This document shows, piece after piece, positions 35,901 through 48,775 of a stretch of 63,947 nt of DNA (the stretch's first letter is position 1; each line of letters starts with the position of its first letter). The notes under the pieces are model-generated. The model had not been told where the DNA came from. It made no database searches and was given only the letters and a program-made list of their open reading frames with translations. Source of the DNA: Phoronis australis. Its lineage: Eukaryota; Animalia; Phoronida. The position numbers and the translations under genes are program-made. The DNA lies in NCBI GenBank assembly GCA_002633005.1, contig NMRA01000504.1, forward strand, positions 149,571 to 213,517, in the 5' to 3' direction.

Positions 35901-38900
35901 GAAGGATGAAGGCGGAGTCGATTTTTTTTACAACAACGGCCACCTGCTTGGGGTCTCAATTACTGCGGTCGCCATGATGGATTTGATGTTAGTCGTTGCT
36001 GGGCTAGGCTTTATATTTGTCTTCATGTGGATTCAAACGCAGTCTTTGTGGATTACCGGGTGGAGTATCCTCAGCATATTCACTGGATTCTTGGCGGCAA
36101 ATATGCTCTACAGAATCGTCTTCGACTTCTCTTACTTCGGAACATTCCACATACTTGCCATATTTATCATCTTAGGTATCGGAGCAGACGACGTCTTCGT
36201 TTTTGTCGATACCTTCAAATCAACTGGTCACCATGATTACTCGTCCCTTGCTCACCGTTTATCGGACTGTTATAGAAAGGCTAGCGTCGCCATGTTGTTC
36301 ACGTCACTCACGACCGCTACTGCCTTCTTTATCAGTGCCGCTTCGCCATTGGCAGCCGTGTCGACTTTCGGATTGTTCGCTGGCTTGTTGGTCGTAGTCA
36401 ACTATATGACCGTGCTAACATTTATACCTACAGTGGTGATCACGTGGCATAATACGTGGAACAAGTGCAGGTGGTGTCCATGTCTATCTGATGTAAACGA
36501 CACAGTACATCCTGTGGGCTCGTCGCCCGCTTTAGACGCGGATGCTCATCACAGAAAAAACCCAGTCGTGAGATTCTTCCGTGGTCCATACTACAGATTT
36601 GTCAGTCATAAAATAGCACGATGGGCAATAGTAGCATTTTTTGTAATGACAGGCGGCGTCTTCATATACTTCGCTAGTCAACTGCAGCCAAACGAAGACC
36701 AGGTATGGATAAGCTTTTGTTAGAGGGTCATTTCGAAGCTGTTTAACAGTTAATGATGATTTTTTAACCGAAGCTCTTTGGGGCTTAGAAACATTACTAT
36801 TTTCATCCAATCTTGAGTTGTTGCCGACTAATCAAGTACATGTAGATGCGCCATTTTCGAATTCGCACTTTTAGGGTTGGCCAACTCCAAAAAGCTATGA
36901 AGCGTTTTGTTTAGTCGCTTTAGGCTTCGATGTTCTTGCTGGTAACGGAAAATGAATCCCATCACGATAATAGAACATTGTGAAGCCGTTTTTATGAGAG
37001 CAAAATACTTAACTTCATTTCACTTTTTAGCCAGCTAAGCTGGGTAAAATACAAATTTAAAAAGATTGTCTATTAAACTCTTCTTGAGGGATCTCACCCA
37101 AAAATCTCAAAGAATTAAGTGTTCCGCCTCCAGGTGATGCCTGTTAACAGGCGAAATGGGGTTCGATGTCCTTCTATGGGTGATTTTAATTTGTTCCAGT
37201 AAAAGTACTCAGCTCTACATCAGTACATGTAGCATACATCTTCAACTAATTTCCTTGCCAGAGTTATTGTTCAAGTTTGCTAAAATAGAGTTCAGCCAAT
37301 CTACAGCGTCAGCAAAGTTAAAATCTAAATGACTCTTAATTTTCCGAAAAACCCAAGATGCCTGTGTTATGTACATTATTTTTGCTGACATCTATAATGT
37401 TGATGTCGTAATCAATTTATGGAAACTATGCTTACTACAAGAAGCAAAAACTTCTACTACGCATCAAAAACCTTTACCACGGAACTGAATTGAACTCCAA
37501 CCACACTCAGAGACTCTTACCGCAGGTAATTTTTAGTGTAAGTGATCGAAAGAGCAACACGTGAGATTTGATGAAGCTAAAATACACCATGGGAAATTAA
37601 ATATTGTCTATTTAGATAGAGTTCCTCAAGCCTGACACAAACTTTGGAAAAGCCTTGAACCGTCGAACGTCTGCGTTTTCGTCGAATGAGGAAGAAATCA
37701 ACACGCAGGTACTGATAGCCTGGGGACTGAAGAACCACGACTACAGCGCGTGTCACAAAACAAACTTTACCTGCACGGGCAAAACGGTGTGGGACGATAC
37801 ATTCGACTTAAATTCAGCAGAAGCTCAGAAGGCACTAAACGTAAGCATATACACTTGTCTGTAATCAAGTTGTCAGTTTGTCTTCTACCTCTGGCAGGTG
37901 CGCGTTCCGTAAGGGTATTTTCTGCCAGTTTGTGGGACCATGCTAGTGAAAGGTTAGTACATTCTGTCATAGTGTCAGCAGTAGGCCTACAGCATAGTGG
38001 CCCTGTGAAGGGCATGATAACCGACACGAGGAAATTCGTGTGGAGTCATTCGTTGAGATGTTTGTCGTATACACGAGCCGAAAAGGTAAAATGATTCATT
38101 TTGTTACTGAGTGGACATCAACATGGAATTATTTGTAGACTGTAATTCCCTCCTAATTACTTGGTTAAAACTTCATTGAGCAAATGTGATGTGGAAGCAA
38201 ATTTCTGTTTAAGTTTTAAATTCATACTTCATGAAACATACCTAAGGTGGCACTCATCAGGTATTGCGGATTGTGGGCTTGAAAAATCAGGTCTTGGCAG
38301 CACCAACAGTCTGTTCCACAGGGTGTACAAAACCTGATAATATAACAGTATACTGAGCCAAAGAGTTGCACAAAGACTACTGAAGCTGACTCCAAAGTCA
38401 ACTTCTTCATCTCTTACGACTATCGGAAGTAGGAGCCGGCCACGTAAAAAAGGAACAAAACACACCACATCTGCGGTTTTCACCCCAACTGCACCGTTAG
38501 CATGCTCTTACTACGAACTAACAAAGCTTTCCGGACTACAGAAATCAGGTGAAAAGCGAGTGCCCACCACCCAGATTTTCTAACTGTCTAAAGGCTATAT
38601 GAATTTCCTGCTAAACTTTATCTTCCCGCTTGCAAGACGAAAAAAATTAACGAAAAAAAGGCCAAGGGGTCAACAACTGGCAACCTTTGACTCAAAAATG
38701 TAGCAAATGCCTTTCGCAGCCTTTTCATGCAGCACAAAACCCAGCGGGCGCCAATTTTTAATCAAATTGGGGCAGGTAAATTTAACCGTGGCTCGCTCAA
38801 AAAACTTTTTAATTGTGTGCCACCTAACGCCTGTCGTCTTATCTCCGCATTCAGACTCGACTCAGACTCAGTCTCTATACTTAAACAATCGCACCGCACC

Positions 38901-41900
38901 ATTAGAGTACAAATTTGCAAGTTTACTCTAAATGTACTATGTCTTAGGTCGATTTTCGAGCCGACTTTCAAGTACAGAGATAAGACTCCGGGCCCAGCAG
39001 ATGACTTGCGTACAGCCACCGTTTTGACTCTTGCTTATTGAATCGCTTGTATCTCGGTTGCGTCTTTTAAAGAAATTGTTGCGCAAGAATCTGTCGTATA
39101 TTGGGGATCGCCTTGAATTGAAGTAGTATGATGTGGGCAGCTGGAACGCAACCTGTTGTCCTGCTGATGGAATAACTTCATGTGTAGACTCGTGGGAATT
39201 AACACCTCTCAGTGATTGACTTTTGATATTTGTTTTCAGGATTTTTGCACAACCTTGAAAAATCTTAGTCCAAAGGAAGAGAACGATTTGAAAGTTCAGC
39301 GAAATTTTGTCACGAAGGAGCCGGAAGTGGGTTGCTTCATTCATGACCTTGAGAACTACTTTCAGGTAAGTTGTACTGAGTTGATCTGTAACTCAACATA
39401 CGCGCAGTTACGGTAGACTGCGCGTATTAATGGATGTTTTGCACGTAGCAAACTGCAGTTCCTTTCCACTATGAAAATAAACAAAATGTCATACCTTGGT
39501 GGCAATTTTTTCAATCACCTTGATGAATATGGAAAGTGCATCGCAAAACGAATCTAAGAAGTCCTTCAAAATTCATGGATTATGGCTCTTTTCACTCGCT
39601 GATTCCCGGATAATCTGTTTGTCGGGAAATTTTATCTCCTATCATAGAATGGTTTCGCCTATGAGAGGCTTTGTATGGTCCATTGTAATTTCGTTTATGA
39701 TATTCAATTAAACAGTGGATTGGAGTGACTCGCCCCTTCGTTAACTGTGACGTGTTCCTCTGATGTAACGTTTTGTTACCATTCCGCCAAGTGAACCTTA
39801 TTCCTTAGATTGAACAAGACGCCAAAACCATCTTTGGGACCAGAAAATACGCCACGGGAACCAACTTCTCGTTACCGCACGTGCAGGCTAACATGGTAAC
39901 GCTTATGCAGGGCAACCCACTCATCTTTAATGCAAGCACGCTTCCTGCCGACTTCAAGCGATATTTTGAGGTATGTAATTGTATGGTCGTCCGGAAGACT
40001 TCACTGGGGTTACGAAAATCGACCTTAGGTGTTCGGATGGGCTTTGGTTAGCGGGACTGGGAAACCGAGAATTTTAGACTACTGCCCCCACTACCACAGT
40101 TAACACGTTGATGGGTTTTAGTAGGTCATTCCTCAATTTAGAACGAACCATCGACTATCACACATAAAAAACCTCAATGTTTTAGTTTTCGTTTTGCGAA
40201 TACATGAAATATGTTTTGACGGATACTCGTGATAGTTGTGAAGGAAACGTTTACAGATATTAGTACCAAGATTTTTGTGGAACAGTATTCGTACTTTACA
40301 GCGTTGCAGTCAATGGCGGCCATGAAGCCTTGATGTTGAAATTGTTGCCTTTTTAGTAGAACCTTTTAATGCAAACGAATAGTTTGAGCTGCCAAATTCT
40401 TAATCAAACACTTTTTGGCTTCTCTAGCAAACACAAGCTTTAGCCACCGAACATCGTGATTTCGAAAATCTTTTACCGCTAATGTTTCAGGTTCATGATA
40501 CCCACATTTCGGGTAGATTTTGTTACTGTTGAGTTATTTTGTTTTAATCCTATCGTCGTCACCTCTTCTCCGTAGACTGGTCTGTCGTATTGGATGTATG
40601 ATGGTATGAACCCCAAATCCGATCGCGAGGCTATGAGAAAGTATGGATATCTTGTCGGCGAGCAAGTTGAAACTGGTCAATCACAGAAATATAAGATAGG
40701 AGGTCAGTGTTCTCTTTCTGCTGGTATATGGTGATAAAATAACTGATGCCTGAAAACTCGCTGAGCAAAGCCACCGGTGAGACTCGCTGTTCTCTCTTAG
40801 GAGGCCAGACCTCACAATGAGAAGCCAAACAACACACTGATGTCGTCAAATCCGTGATTTTTCGCGAGTCCGTTCTGAACTAAGCTTAATAAAGTAGTCC
40901 GTCGTGTTCAAATTTCAAAATTTAAGTCCATAAAATTGTTAAGTATGATATAAACTTCCAATTGTAGCATTAAACGAATAAACAAAATAATGTTTGTGTG
41001 TTTGTAACATGTACGATTATTGTAACCAGTTTCAGGTGGCATTTTAAACATGATTTTAAATTAATGGATGAGCGCACTGATAGAATATGAAAGCAGCTAA
41101 GGTTTTTTAAATGGCAACACAATCTTATGCGGTTTGCGTGGTTTTATAACAGCTCCTTATGAGCCAATGAACACAATTTTTGTTAAGCTTGCTCTCCCTA
41201 TAATTTAGTGCACGGGCCTTGACTGAGGAGATATCAGCAAACACAGTCACGTGGTTATTGTTGATATCATATGATCTTTTTTGCTCAGCAAAACTTACGT
41301 AGAAACTAAACGGACCGGCGTGTGGGGGAAGGGACCGATCGTGTTCCTGTGCCTCGGGAGGCGAGCCTGTGTGTGCAGATATTGGTTCGGAGAGAAGGAC
41401 ACGTGTAGAATTGGTCGCCTTGAACCATAGGAGACACTTCTAATTTACCGTTCTAATAAAAAAGCACTCGGATACGCCGATGGACATTTCCTGAGATCGC
41501 AGGGTTTTCACTTCAGATATATCATTTTCGACTTTTGCCAACCGGTTTGGCGACCTTGCAAATTTGCCTGTGTTGCATTTGGCGAGTTGAGGATATATTT
41601 TATGTATCGACCCCATGGAGCCATATAGTTCAAAATATTTGATGGTCATTACTATTAGTACCATGTACGTATTGTGGGAAAAATATCTTAAGTTCGATTT
41701 CCAATATAAGTTTCAAGTGCTGTTTATTTATTCTTAGTACCAGTCTGGGGGATATTTGAACATCTGATTTTTCTATTGAGCATTTGTGTTGCATTCACGT
41801 GAATCGTTGTACAAATTGTAGTTGAAAGTCATTCTGCACATCTAATGAGGCACCGCAGGTGCATTATGCATTATTACAGAGGCAGCGAAGAGACAGAAAA

Positions 41901-44900
41901 TGACCATTTTAATTCTCCAACCGTTTATCTATCGTTAGAGATAAAAAGCTTATCTGTAAAATGATAAGCAAGTCGATAATAATAAATGTTGATAGCTTCC
42001 AAATTGTATCAATAGACTTACTGTCTCGATCGATCTGTAACATCGAGAGGACAAAATGGCGTCCTTTTTGGTTACTGTACGTAAGTGGGCGAAATGATAA
42101 CCCTCTTTTAAAAATGCAATATCCACAAAGAAATATCATTAGATTCGGAGTGAATGTTTAAAATGATATTTTAACAACGACATTACTCATGGTACGTTAA
42201 CGCAAATGCCTTAATGCGCGCTTTTAAGCACAGGCGTTAATATACATGTACGAAATACGCCTTAGCTTAATTCACCTAAATACTCAGGCGACTATTCCTT
42301 GTACGCAATCATGTCTAAAGTGGGTGTTTCACTGTATTTTTCGTTCATCCGTAGTACTTTTCATATAAGAATATGGAATTTCGAGTACACTAACATTTTG
42401 TAATTTGTGCTTCTATATTATCTTATAAATTTGCTCCTTGGGTTTAGGCAAATGTTTCACACATAAGCGCATGCGCCTAATTTCGGACGTCGGCGCACAT
42501 TCCTACATGGCACATAGGCCTAAATACGCGCATGTGCGGTAGTAACGAAAGTAGAAAGATTGCCAAGTTTTGGCTAATTACATCCTTGAGCGACAAAGTC
42601 ACGACCTACTGCACATCAATTAGGAAGGTTTTGGGCACTTGATTTTAACAGCCGTAGCACACGGCAACGGTACATTTCTATAAATGGGATGAAGCCAAAC
42701 TTAAGCTAATTTGCCTCAGAATGGGTTCACAAGTGTTAGTCTTTCAACATTAACAGTTATAACGTTTGTGTTTCCAGATTTCATGTTCGGCAATAGACTA
42801 CGATTTGCGGCCATCATCGTCAACACTACAGTCAAGGGACGAACGTTAGGTTACCCGAAGGGCATTCCTCTACGAAATAACTGGGAAGATTACGTTTCCA
42901 AGAAAGTGAGTTATCATTAGACGTTCAATGATCCTCAATCCCTTTAATTTTCTGGTGAAATCGAGAGCATAGGTCTATAAGGTATGTCTTTTGAAATTGT
43001 ATAATTTGATATTGCTAATTGCAGCATATGCCATAAGTTAATGTAAGTTGTTGCTTATAAGCACTAGATAGGCATAGGCCCGGGAAAACAAGAAGACATC
43101 AATTTCTACGTCTTTTACGAATGACATTCCCCGTATTTTACTTAAAAAAGTTGCACATTTCCTAGCCGTGTGAGTTCCTTGGGAGTAGTATTTTTATAGA
43201 TTTGAAATTCTGAATTCTACGAAAGCTACTTGGACCATTTCAGACACTACATATTCTAATGTCAATAAATATATAGCATTCTCGAATTTGTGATCGTTTA
43301 ATTCTAAATGAGATTTTAAGACTTCTGCTGAGTCTTTATGCGAATGCATTGTCGCCTGGAAAGATGCCACGTAGCCACGGAACAGGCATGAGAATGAAAA
43401 ACTAGCGAAACGTCCTCAGTAATTTCTGGACAGTATCTATAGCTGACCACTGGTACTTTCATTTAGGTTCAGTTATTCTTCGTTTTATTTCGATAGGCAC
43501 TGTGCATGAATTAACTGGTTACTTATATTTCACAGGTTAGTGCTATGCCAAAGCCTCTTCAGGGTGGTTTTCAACTGACCACATTTATTTGGGAATGGGT
43601 GAAGGTACAAGAAGTAAGTGGCAATTTGAGGATAAACAAGACGTTTCGAAATTACTCAATATCATCGTCAGAATTATAGTCAGTGCACAAAGGTTTTACC
43701 TATTTGAATTTGTACTGGCCATCTGACTAAGAACTGACGTTGCTAACTTTTTCAAAAAAGAAAGTCCGCCTGAGACCATCGAAATTTTTTTACCAAATCA
43801 TCTCGTTTCAAACCTTGCTTATCCGTGCTTGCGTGCCTTAGTGGAGTTTTTCAAAAACACTGAATATTGACTGAAGTTGATGCGATCGAGCGTTTTTAGT
43901 TTGTGTTTTAGTTCGAAAGTAAAGGGCCCAGGAACTAATCTTTTTACTTAAAATCCAACTCGAAAATATATTTGACATCTTTCGTTTTCTTTGAATACGA
44001 ACTCAATATAATCACCTATTATACTTTTCTTAACGATATTATGGATACGCTAATTAGTGTGTAATCTATATTGGTACTTAATGACCCCTAGAGATTTCGA
44101 GTTGCATAAAAGTTACACGCCGTATAGCAACAATGACGTCGCACTATCACGTGTCACGTTGTTATTGTTGAACAATGCACCTGACGTCATGCAACAATCT
44201 AACTTATCCAGCGGATAACTTTTGAAGTTTTATGCAACTCAGCCCAGATTCGTAACTTTAATGTTAATGTCATCAAGTGCAAAATACGAGTACAGTCAGC
44301 CTCATAAACAATATATACTAGCGCACAGAATAATAGACACTTATCTTGAGGTCATAACAAATTACAAAGGAAAATATGAAAAAATTTCGAGTAACAAGAT
44401 TAGANTAACTTTATGGGTTATTACACGGTTGTATCTGCCATTTGACGCCAATATTGTGGTATAATAGACACTTATCTTGAGGTCATAACAAATTACAAAG
44501 GAAAATATGAAAAAATTTCGAGTAACAAGATTAGATTCCAGCCCCTGGTCTCAAAATGAGTCGGGATACCGGTAAAGAAAACAACAAACTACGCTTTTTG
44601 GCTTGGTAATGATTTCTTTCGATTGCTAAGATCCATTTCTATGTTCTCATTGGAGTGAAGAACAAAGGAAATTGTACCTTCACGATTAATGGTATATACG
44701 TTAATTACTTGTTCGTTGACAATTCAACGAACATTACTGGAACAATTAAATCAACCATATGCAAGCAGCCAAGAACAGTGTTATCATGAAAATTTCCAGT
44801 GAAAACCACATTTCATGTTTGATTCTCCCAGAATACCATAAAGTGTCTCAATCGTGCCTGTAGGCGCGGTATCCGGTCTTTCGTGACTAAACAGCGATCA

Positions 44901-45864
44901 TTTCGGAAACCTTGCCCATACTCTGTCACGTCTTATTTTCTTGGCATTGCAGACTCTCTCGACGTCCGCCTTGCTTGGAATAGCAATCGGCGTGAGCGTA
45001 GCCTACCCTATTCTACTGATGGCCACAAATAACTTGATCACCGGTTCATTAGCACTACTTATGTTGGCGATGATTACAGTATCTGTGGTTGGCTTCTTGC
45101 CAATGAATGGCTGGAAGTTAGGGGTGAGTATTGTTAGTGTTAAGATAGTATTATAGTTTATCATGAGAAACAAAAAGGACGTAGGTAATTAGATCTAAGG
45201 AACTTTGTTTAGATACCATTTTACCTCTTCCTCAGTTGATGTCAATGATCAGCTAGAGTTCAAAGAAAACCGACAAAGCCATTCTTCCTTTGGTGGGACC
45301 GATCTGGCCATAAAATTTCCAAAAAATTCCCTGTGCACGGGAGGAATTGTGGAAAACGTCCGACGCAATCGCTACTCGTTCTTGTAACTGTAATAAGGAG
45401 CACATTGAAACTAATTTGACTTTAGTGATAAGTAATCTATATGAAAACTCAGAACAAGGCACTTTTCAACCACCGTAGCCAGGTCTGATCTGTTGCAGGT
45501 TCTCGAGTCACTCAACATGGTACTGGTTGTCGGCCTGTCCGTGGACTATGTGATGCACTTGGCGGAGGGATACAGCCGGTCGCCTCACGACAATCGTCAC
45601 GGTCGAACGCAAGACATGTTAGAAGAAGTTGGTATATCTGTTCTCTCGGGAGCTATTACCACTGCTGGCGCGTCCATGTGCATGTTAATCGCGCAGATTT
45701 TGTTCTTCACGCAGTTTGGTTTGGTCATGTTCATAACAATTATGTTCTCCATACTACACGCTCTCGTGTTGTTTCCTACATTGCTAGCGTTGATAGGGCC
45801 TCAGGGTGACACAGGTTGTATTACGGCCATATTCAAGAATTGTTGCTCAAAATCCCCCAATTGA
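32683..45864 (+). CDS. Dispatched-like RND / sterol-sensing-domain multi-pass membrane protein (DISP1/DISP3-related), spliced, about 1061 aa
   Basis: Ten phase-compatible GT-AG exons: 32683-32965, 35183-36702, 37616-37840, 39240-39365, 39809-39970, 40576-40702, 42778-42905, 43536-43613, 44953-45123, 45499-45864 (3186 nt). TM4 motif GIGADDVFV, SSD segment AMLFTSLTTATAF, TM10 motif GLSVDYVMHLAEGY, and two large luminal loops with many N-x-S/T sites. Confidence 0.9.
33256..33545 (+). mobile_element. Uninterrupted copy of the TTAA-flanked repeat seen at 25956-27085
   Basis: TTAA|GG start; shares AAACGAAAACGAAATAATA...TTAGAAAA.TGTAA...TTTTGA.AT.TTATCTT.AACAT with 27014-27081. Right end not defined. 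Confidence 0.5.
35183..36702 (+). CDS. Dispatched-like exon 2 (TM1 to TM7, including the SSD)
   Basis: 1520-nt open exon containing GIGADD; AG acceptor and GTATGG donor. Confidence 0.95.
37616..37840 (+). CDS. Dispatched-like exon 3
   Basis: IEFLKPDTNFG...IAWGLK...GKTVWDDTFDLNSAEAQKALN; AG acceptor and GTAAGC donor. Confidence 0.9.
39240..39365 (+). CDS. Dispatched-like exon 4
   Basis: DFCTTLKN...EVGCFIHDLENYFQ; AG acceptor and GTAAGT donor. Confidence 0.88.
39809..39970 (+). CDS. Dispatched-like exon 5
   Basis: IEQDAKTIFGTRKYATGTNFSLP...DFKRYFE; phase 0 at both ends, AG acceptor and GTATGT donor. Confidence 0.8.
40576..40702 (+). CDS. Dispatched-like exon 6
   Basis: TGLSYWMYDGMNPKSDREAMRKYGYLVGEQ...; phase 0 to 1, AG acceptor and GTCAGT donor. 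Confidence 0.8.
42778..42905 (+). CDS. Dispatched-like exon 7
   Basis: FMFGNRLRFAAIIVNTT...NNWEDYVSKK; phase 1 to 0, AG acceptor and GTGAGT donor. Confidence 0.85.
43536..43613 (+). CDS. Dispatched-like exon 8
   Basis: VSAMPKPLQGGFQLTTFIWEWVKVQE; AG acceptor and GTAAGT donor. Confidence 0.88.
44099..44245. mobile_element. MITE family B, inverted copy
   Basis: TIRs GAGTTGCATAAAA and TTTTATGCAACTC; the body is the reverse complement of 26337-26487. Confidence 0.8.
44953..45123 (+). CDS. Dispatched-like exon 9 (TM8-TM9)
   Basis: TLSTSALLGIAIG...MNGWKLG; AG acceptor and GTGAGT donor. Confidence 0.92.
45499..45864 (+). CDS. Dispatched-like exon 10 (TM10-TM12 and stop)
   Basis: VLESLNMVLVVGLSVDYVMHLAEGY...LIGPQGDTGCI...*. 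Confidence 0.93.
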   Translation, partial: VLESLNMVLVVGLSVDYVMHLAEGYSRSPHDNRHGRTQDMLEEVGISVLSGAITTAGASMCMLIAQILFFTQFGLVMFITIMFSILHALVLFPTLLALIGPQGDTGCITAIFKNCCSKSPN

Positions 45865-46547
45865 TACTGTCATTTTGCATTGTAATAGGACGGTAATTAA
45901 CGATGACGTGCAATATTTACTTTTGTCCGACCATTGGGAATAGGTTCGTGTAAGCATAGAACAAACTATTGTCACAATGGTTCATGCATTGAAACTGAAA
46001 CTCTCAAAACGGCGGAAATGTCGGTAGGAACTCATAAAGAAAAATGGTTCCTAAAATAAGTCTACCCGCATTTGCGAGTTACAGGGGCCAGTCTGCCAAA
46101 AAACTACGTCTTGTACTTTTACTATGATCAGCCTGTAAGTCTGTATTTATTTGTTTTGGATCTTACCAACATCATCGGTTGCCACGGTAGAAATGTGTAC
46201 GTGGTCATTGTCAGTTATAGTATAGAGCAAAATCATCACTGCACCATTTAAATGTTTACAATGCGGAAGTACACCATGTGCCATCACACAGTGCTTAAAT
46301 TCGTGACATCATCCTGACGCAAAAAATTTCTACCCACACTTAGTAGCACTCGGAACACATCGGGTATTTTCGTAGCCTCAAAGTGCCCTCCGAGACAAAC
46401 ATTATCTGTGCACGTGCAAACATCAGCCACATGGCAAGTCATCACGCGTCTTTCAGTATAGTGAATGACTGACCGTTTGGCTGACGTTAGCGTTGCCCGA
46501 ACTAAAGGATAACTAGAGGCTAAGAAAATAACCGAGGTGTTCCTGAT

Positions 46548-46761
46548 CAGGGGCGGATCCAGGATTTTGAGTTGGGGGGGGGGGGNNNNNNNNNNNNNNN
46601 NNNNNNNNNNNNNNNNNNNNNNNNNNNNNNNNNNNNNNNNNNNNNNNNNNNNNNNNNNNNNNNNNNNNNNNNNNNNNNNNNNNNNNNNNNNNNNNNNNNN
46701 NNNNNNNNNNNNNNNNNNGGGGGGGCATGGCCCCCTTGGTTCCCCTCTAAATCCGCCACTG
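46548..46761. mobile_element. GC-rich MITE, family D (CAGGGGCGGAT...ATCCGCCACTG), containing an N gap
   Basis: TIRs visible; flanks CTGAT and CTAAT (4/5 match as a TSD). Confidence 0.7.
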
Positions 46762-47100
46762 CTAATGACTTAGTAGTTTTATGGTACGACCATGCAGGCG
46801 TTTCGTCATTGAAGGAAATCACTGTGGTGCATTGTAAGCGTTAGATAATCGCAATGCATGTAAATGTATAATTTGATGTGTTTTACTCGAGTTATGGTGT
46901 TGTTTGTAAAGTCTTGGGAGCGTAAAGTCATTCGATATGATCCCGCCTGTAAGACAAAGGGACAGCGGCGAAACTTGTGCTGCCGCCTTCACTAAACAGT
47001 AGCTTAGGTCAGCATCCTATTGCGGTCTTTTTACAGTTAGTAAGCGTTCAAATGACCCTTGTAATGTAAAGATCGACAAATTTTCTGTGATAAACGTATG

Positions 47101-47243
47101 CATGGGCGGCGCACCATAGGGGGCTATAGCCCCACCACTTTTTTCATTGCCACGCTGCACATAGTCTATAGGCTGTACACCACAGGGGGCTGAGGGGCTT
47201 TAGCCTCCCCACTTTTTCAGTTAACAGTACTGCGCCACCCATG
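47101..47243. mobile_element. MITE family A dimer with a perfect 5-bp TSD (GTATG)
   Basis: CATGGGCGGCGCA...TGCGCCACCCATG, flanked by GTATG at 47096-47100 and 47244-47248. Confidence 0.8.
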
Positions 47244-47620
47244 GTATGTCATGATGTACGTAACGTGACGCTGTTTATAGTTACTGTTGACAGTTTCCAA
47301 CTACGGTTCCATGACAGGCGCCGGTATGGTCAGCGGCCAGGGATGGGGGAGGCGGGGGGGGGGGGNGGCAGCAGTGCCACGGAAAAGTGTTCATTGCAGA
47401 AAAGCCCCCACCTCACTGATCGAAACTCCTGCAAAGTCAGCCCCCCTGTGCCATTCATTTCAGCATTTCTAACTCATCATATGCAGTCAGTTTACCAATC
47501 CGTTGTCTTTTTACGGACGATTGGTGTCAACGCGAATCACAGAGTATGAAAGATTGATTGGTGGAATATGTCATTTAACACTAGCGTGTAGTGTTGTCTC
47601 ATATCACACGTGAAGTGTTA

Positions 47621-47776
47621 TAGGCGGTGGGCCAAGTATTGTAGGTCCTCTAGACTTGGGAACTTTTTGGAATTTGAATTATAAGTGTATTTTCTAGTCA
47701 CATAGAAAAACTTAGGTTGCCCCCCCCCCAAAGTATTCACAAAAAATGAATGCTATGAGATTTGGCCCACCGCTTA
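47621..47776. mobile_element. Short internal-deletion derivative of the Academ-like element at 4002-6352
   Basis: TAGGCGGTGGGCCAA...TTGGCCCACCGCTTA; each arm matches one end of 4002-6352 in inverted orientation. No TSD seen. Confidence 0.75.
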
Positions 47777-48035
47777 TATCATATCTTGTAGCCACCTGAT
47801 GAAGACTGGAAGTGTATGTCTGTTATGTTAGGAAGTGGAGAGATTTCCCACAATCTGTTGCACACACAACGTGTCTCTTTACACGAAAAAAGTCCAGTTG
47901 GTATCATGATATTTTAAAGGGAATCTTTGAAGGAATATGTAACACGGTATGTTTGTTTGTCTGTTGGAATTAAAAGTTTATTTAATCAAGACCTGACCGT
48001 TTGTTTGTTTTATCTGCTGCCGGTCGACTTTGGTA

Positions 48036-48170
48036 CATGGGCGGTGCAGCAATGAAAAAAGTGGGAGGGGGTTATAGCCCCCCCCGCCCCCTGTGGTGCA
48101 CCGCCTATAGACCACGTGCGGCGTAGCACTGAAAAAAGGGGCTATAGCCCCCTATGGTGCGCCGTCCATG
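48036..48170. mobile_element. MITE family A dimer, inverted relative to 47101
   Basis: Reverse-complement similarity to 47101-47243; no TSD seen. Confidence 0.75.
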
Positions 48171-48596
48171 AACTTAGGGTAAGAGAGGACGTGCCGCTGA
48201 GATCGCATGCCATTTTCAATTTTCTGGTATACTTTCGGGTCACGTGTCTTTTTTGATATAAATTTGGGATGTCTGTTAGAATTAACCCCTTGTCGATCAA
48301 CAGGTGCTCGTAAATACATGTACCATGTGTAAATGTTGTATACTACTTCTTCTGTGTACGAATGAAGAAGAAGAAGAAATAGTATAAACATTTACACATG
48401 GTACGTGTATTTACGTGCACAGATATATAAAAAGATCCTTTCACAGACTACCCCTTGCAGCTTAACTGACCAATCACACAGCAGCATTATTGACGCACCT
48501 TGGTCTGCGTTCCTAAGCTACCATTTTATCCTACAAACAACACGTTGTCGAGTAAAGCTTATTTTAGTCTATAGCTCAAGAAATTGTGCAATAAGA

Positions 48597-48775
48597 ATGG
48601 AGAAATGGTGTTCCTATGGTGTGTGTAATTCCGACACCTGTTATGCAGCTTGAGAAGATTATCCCGTCACTTTTTGGGGACTCTTTAAGCCGAAAAATTG
48701 TGTCGAGAGCTTTAAATGATACTGAGATCAAACTGTGTGGACGGCCACACGAGCAGCTGAACTTGGCAATGCTGC
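48597..48775 (+). pseudogene. Decayed THAP zinc-finger domain, probably from a DNA transposon
   Basis: MEKWCSYGVCNSDTCY, FKPKN and IKLCGRPHEQLN lie across stops and frameshifts; a CCAAT box lies upstream at ~48470. Confidence 0.7.

Noticed and set aside
44330-44535. Exact 75-bp direct repeat (44330-44404 and 44461-44535)
   Set aside because: A single N at 44405 sits right at the end of the first copy, which points to an overlap artefact at a contig join.
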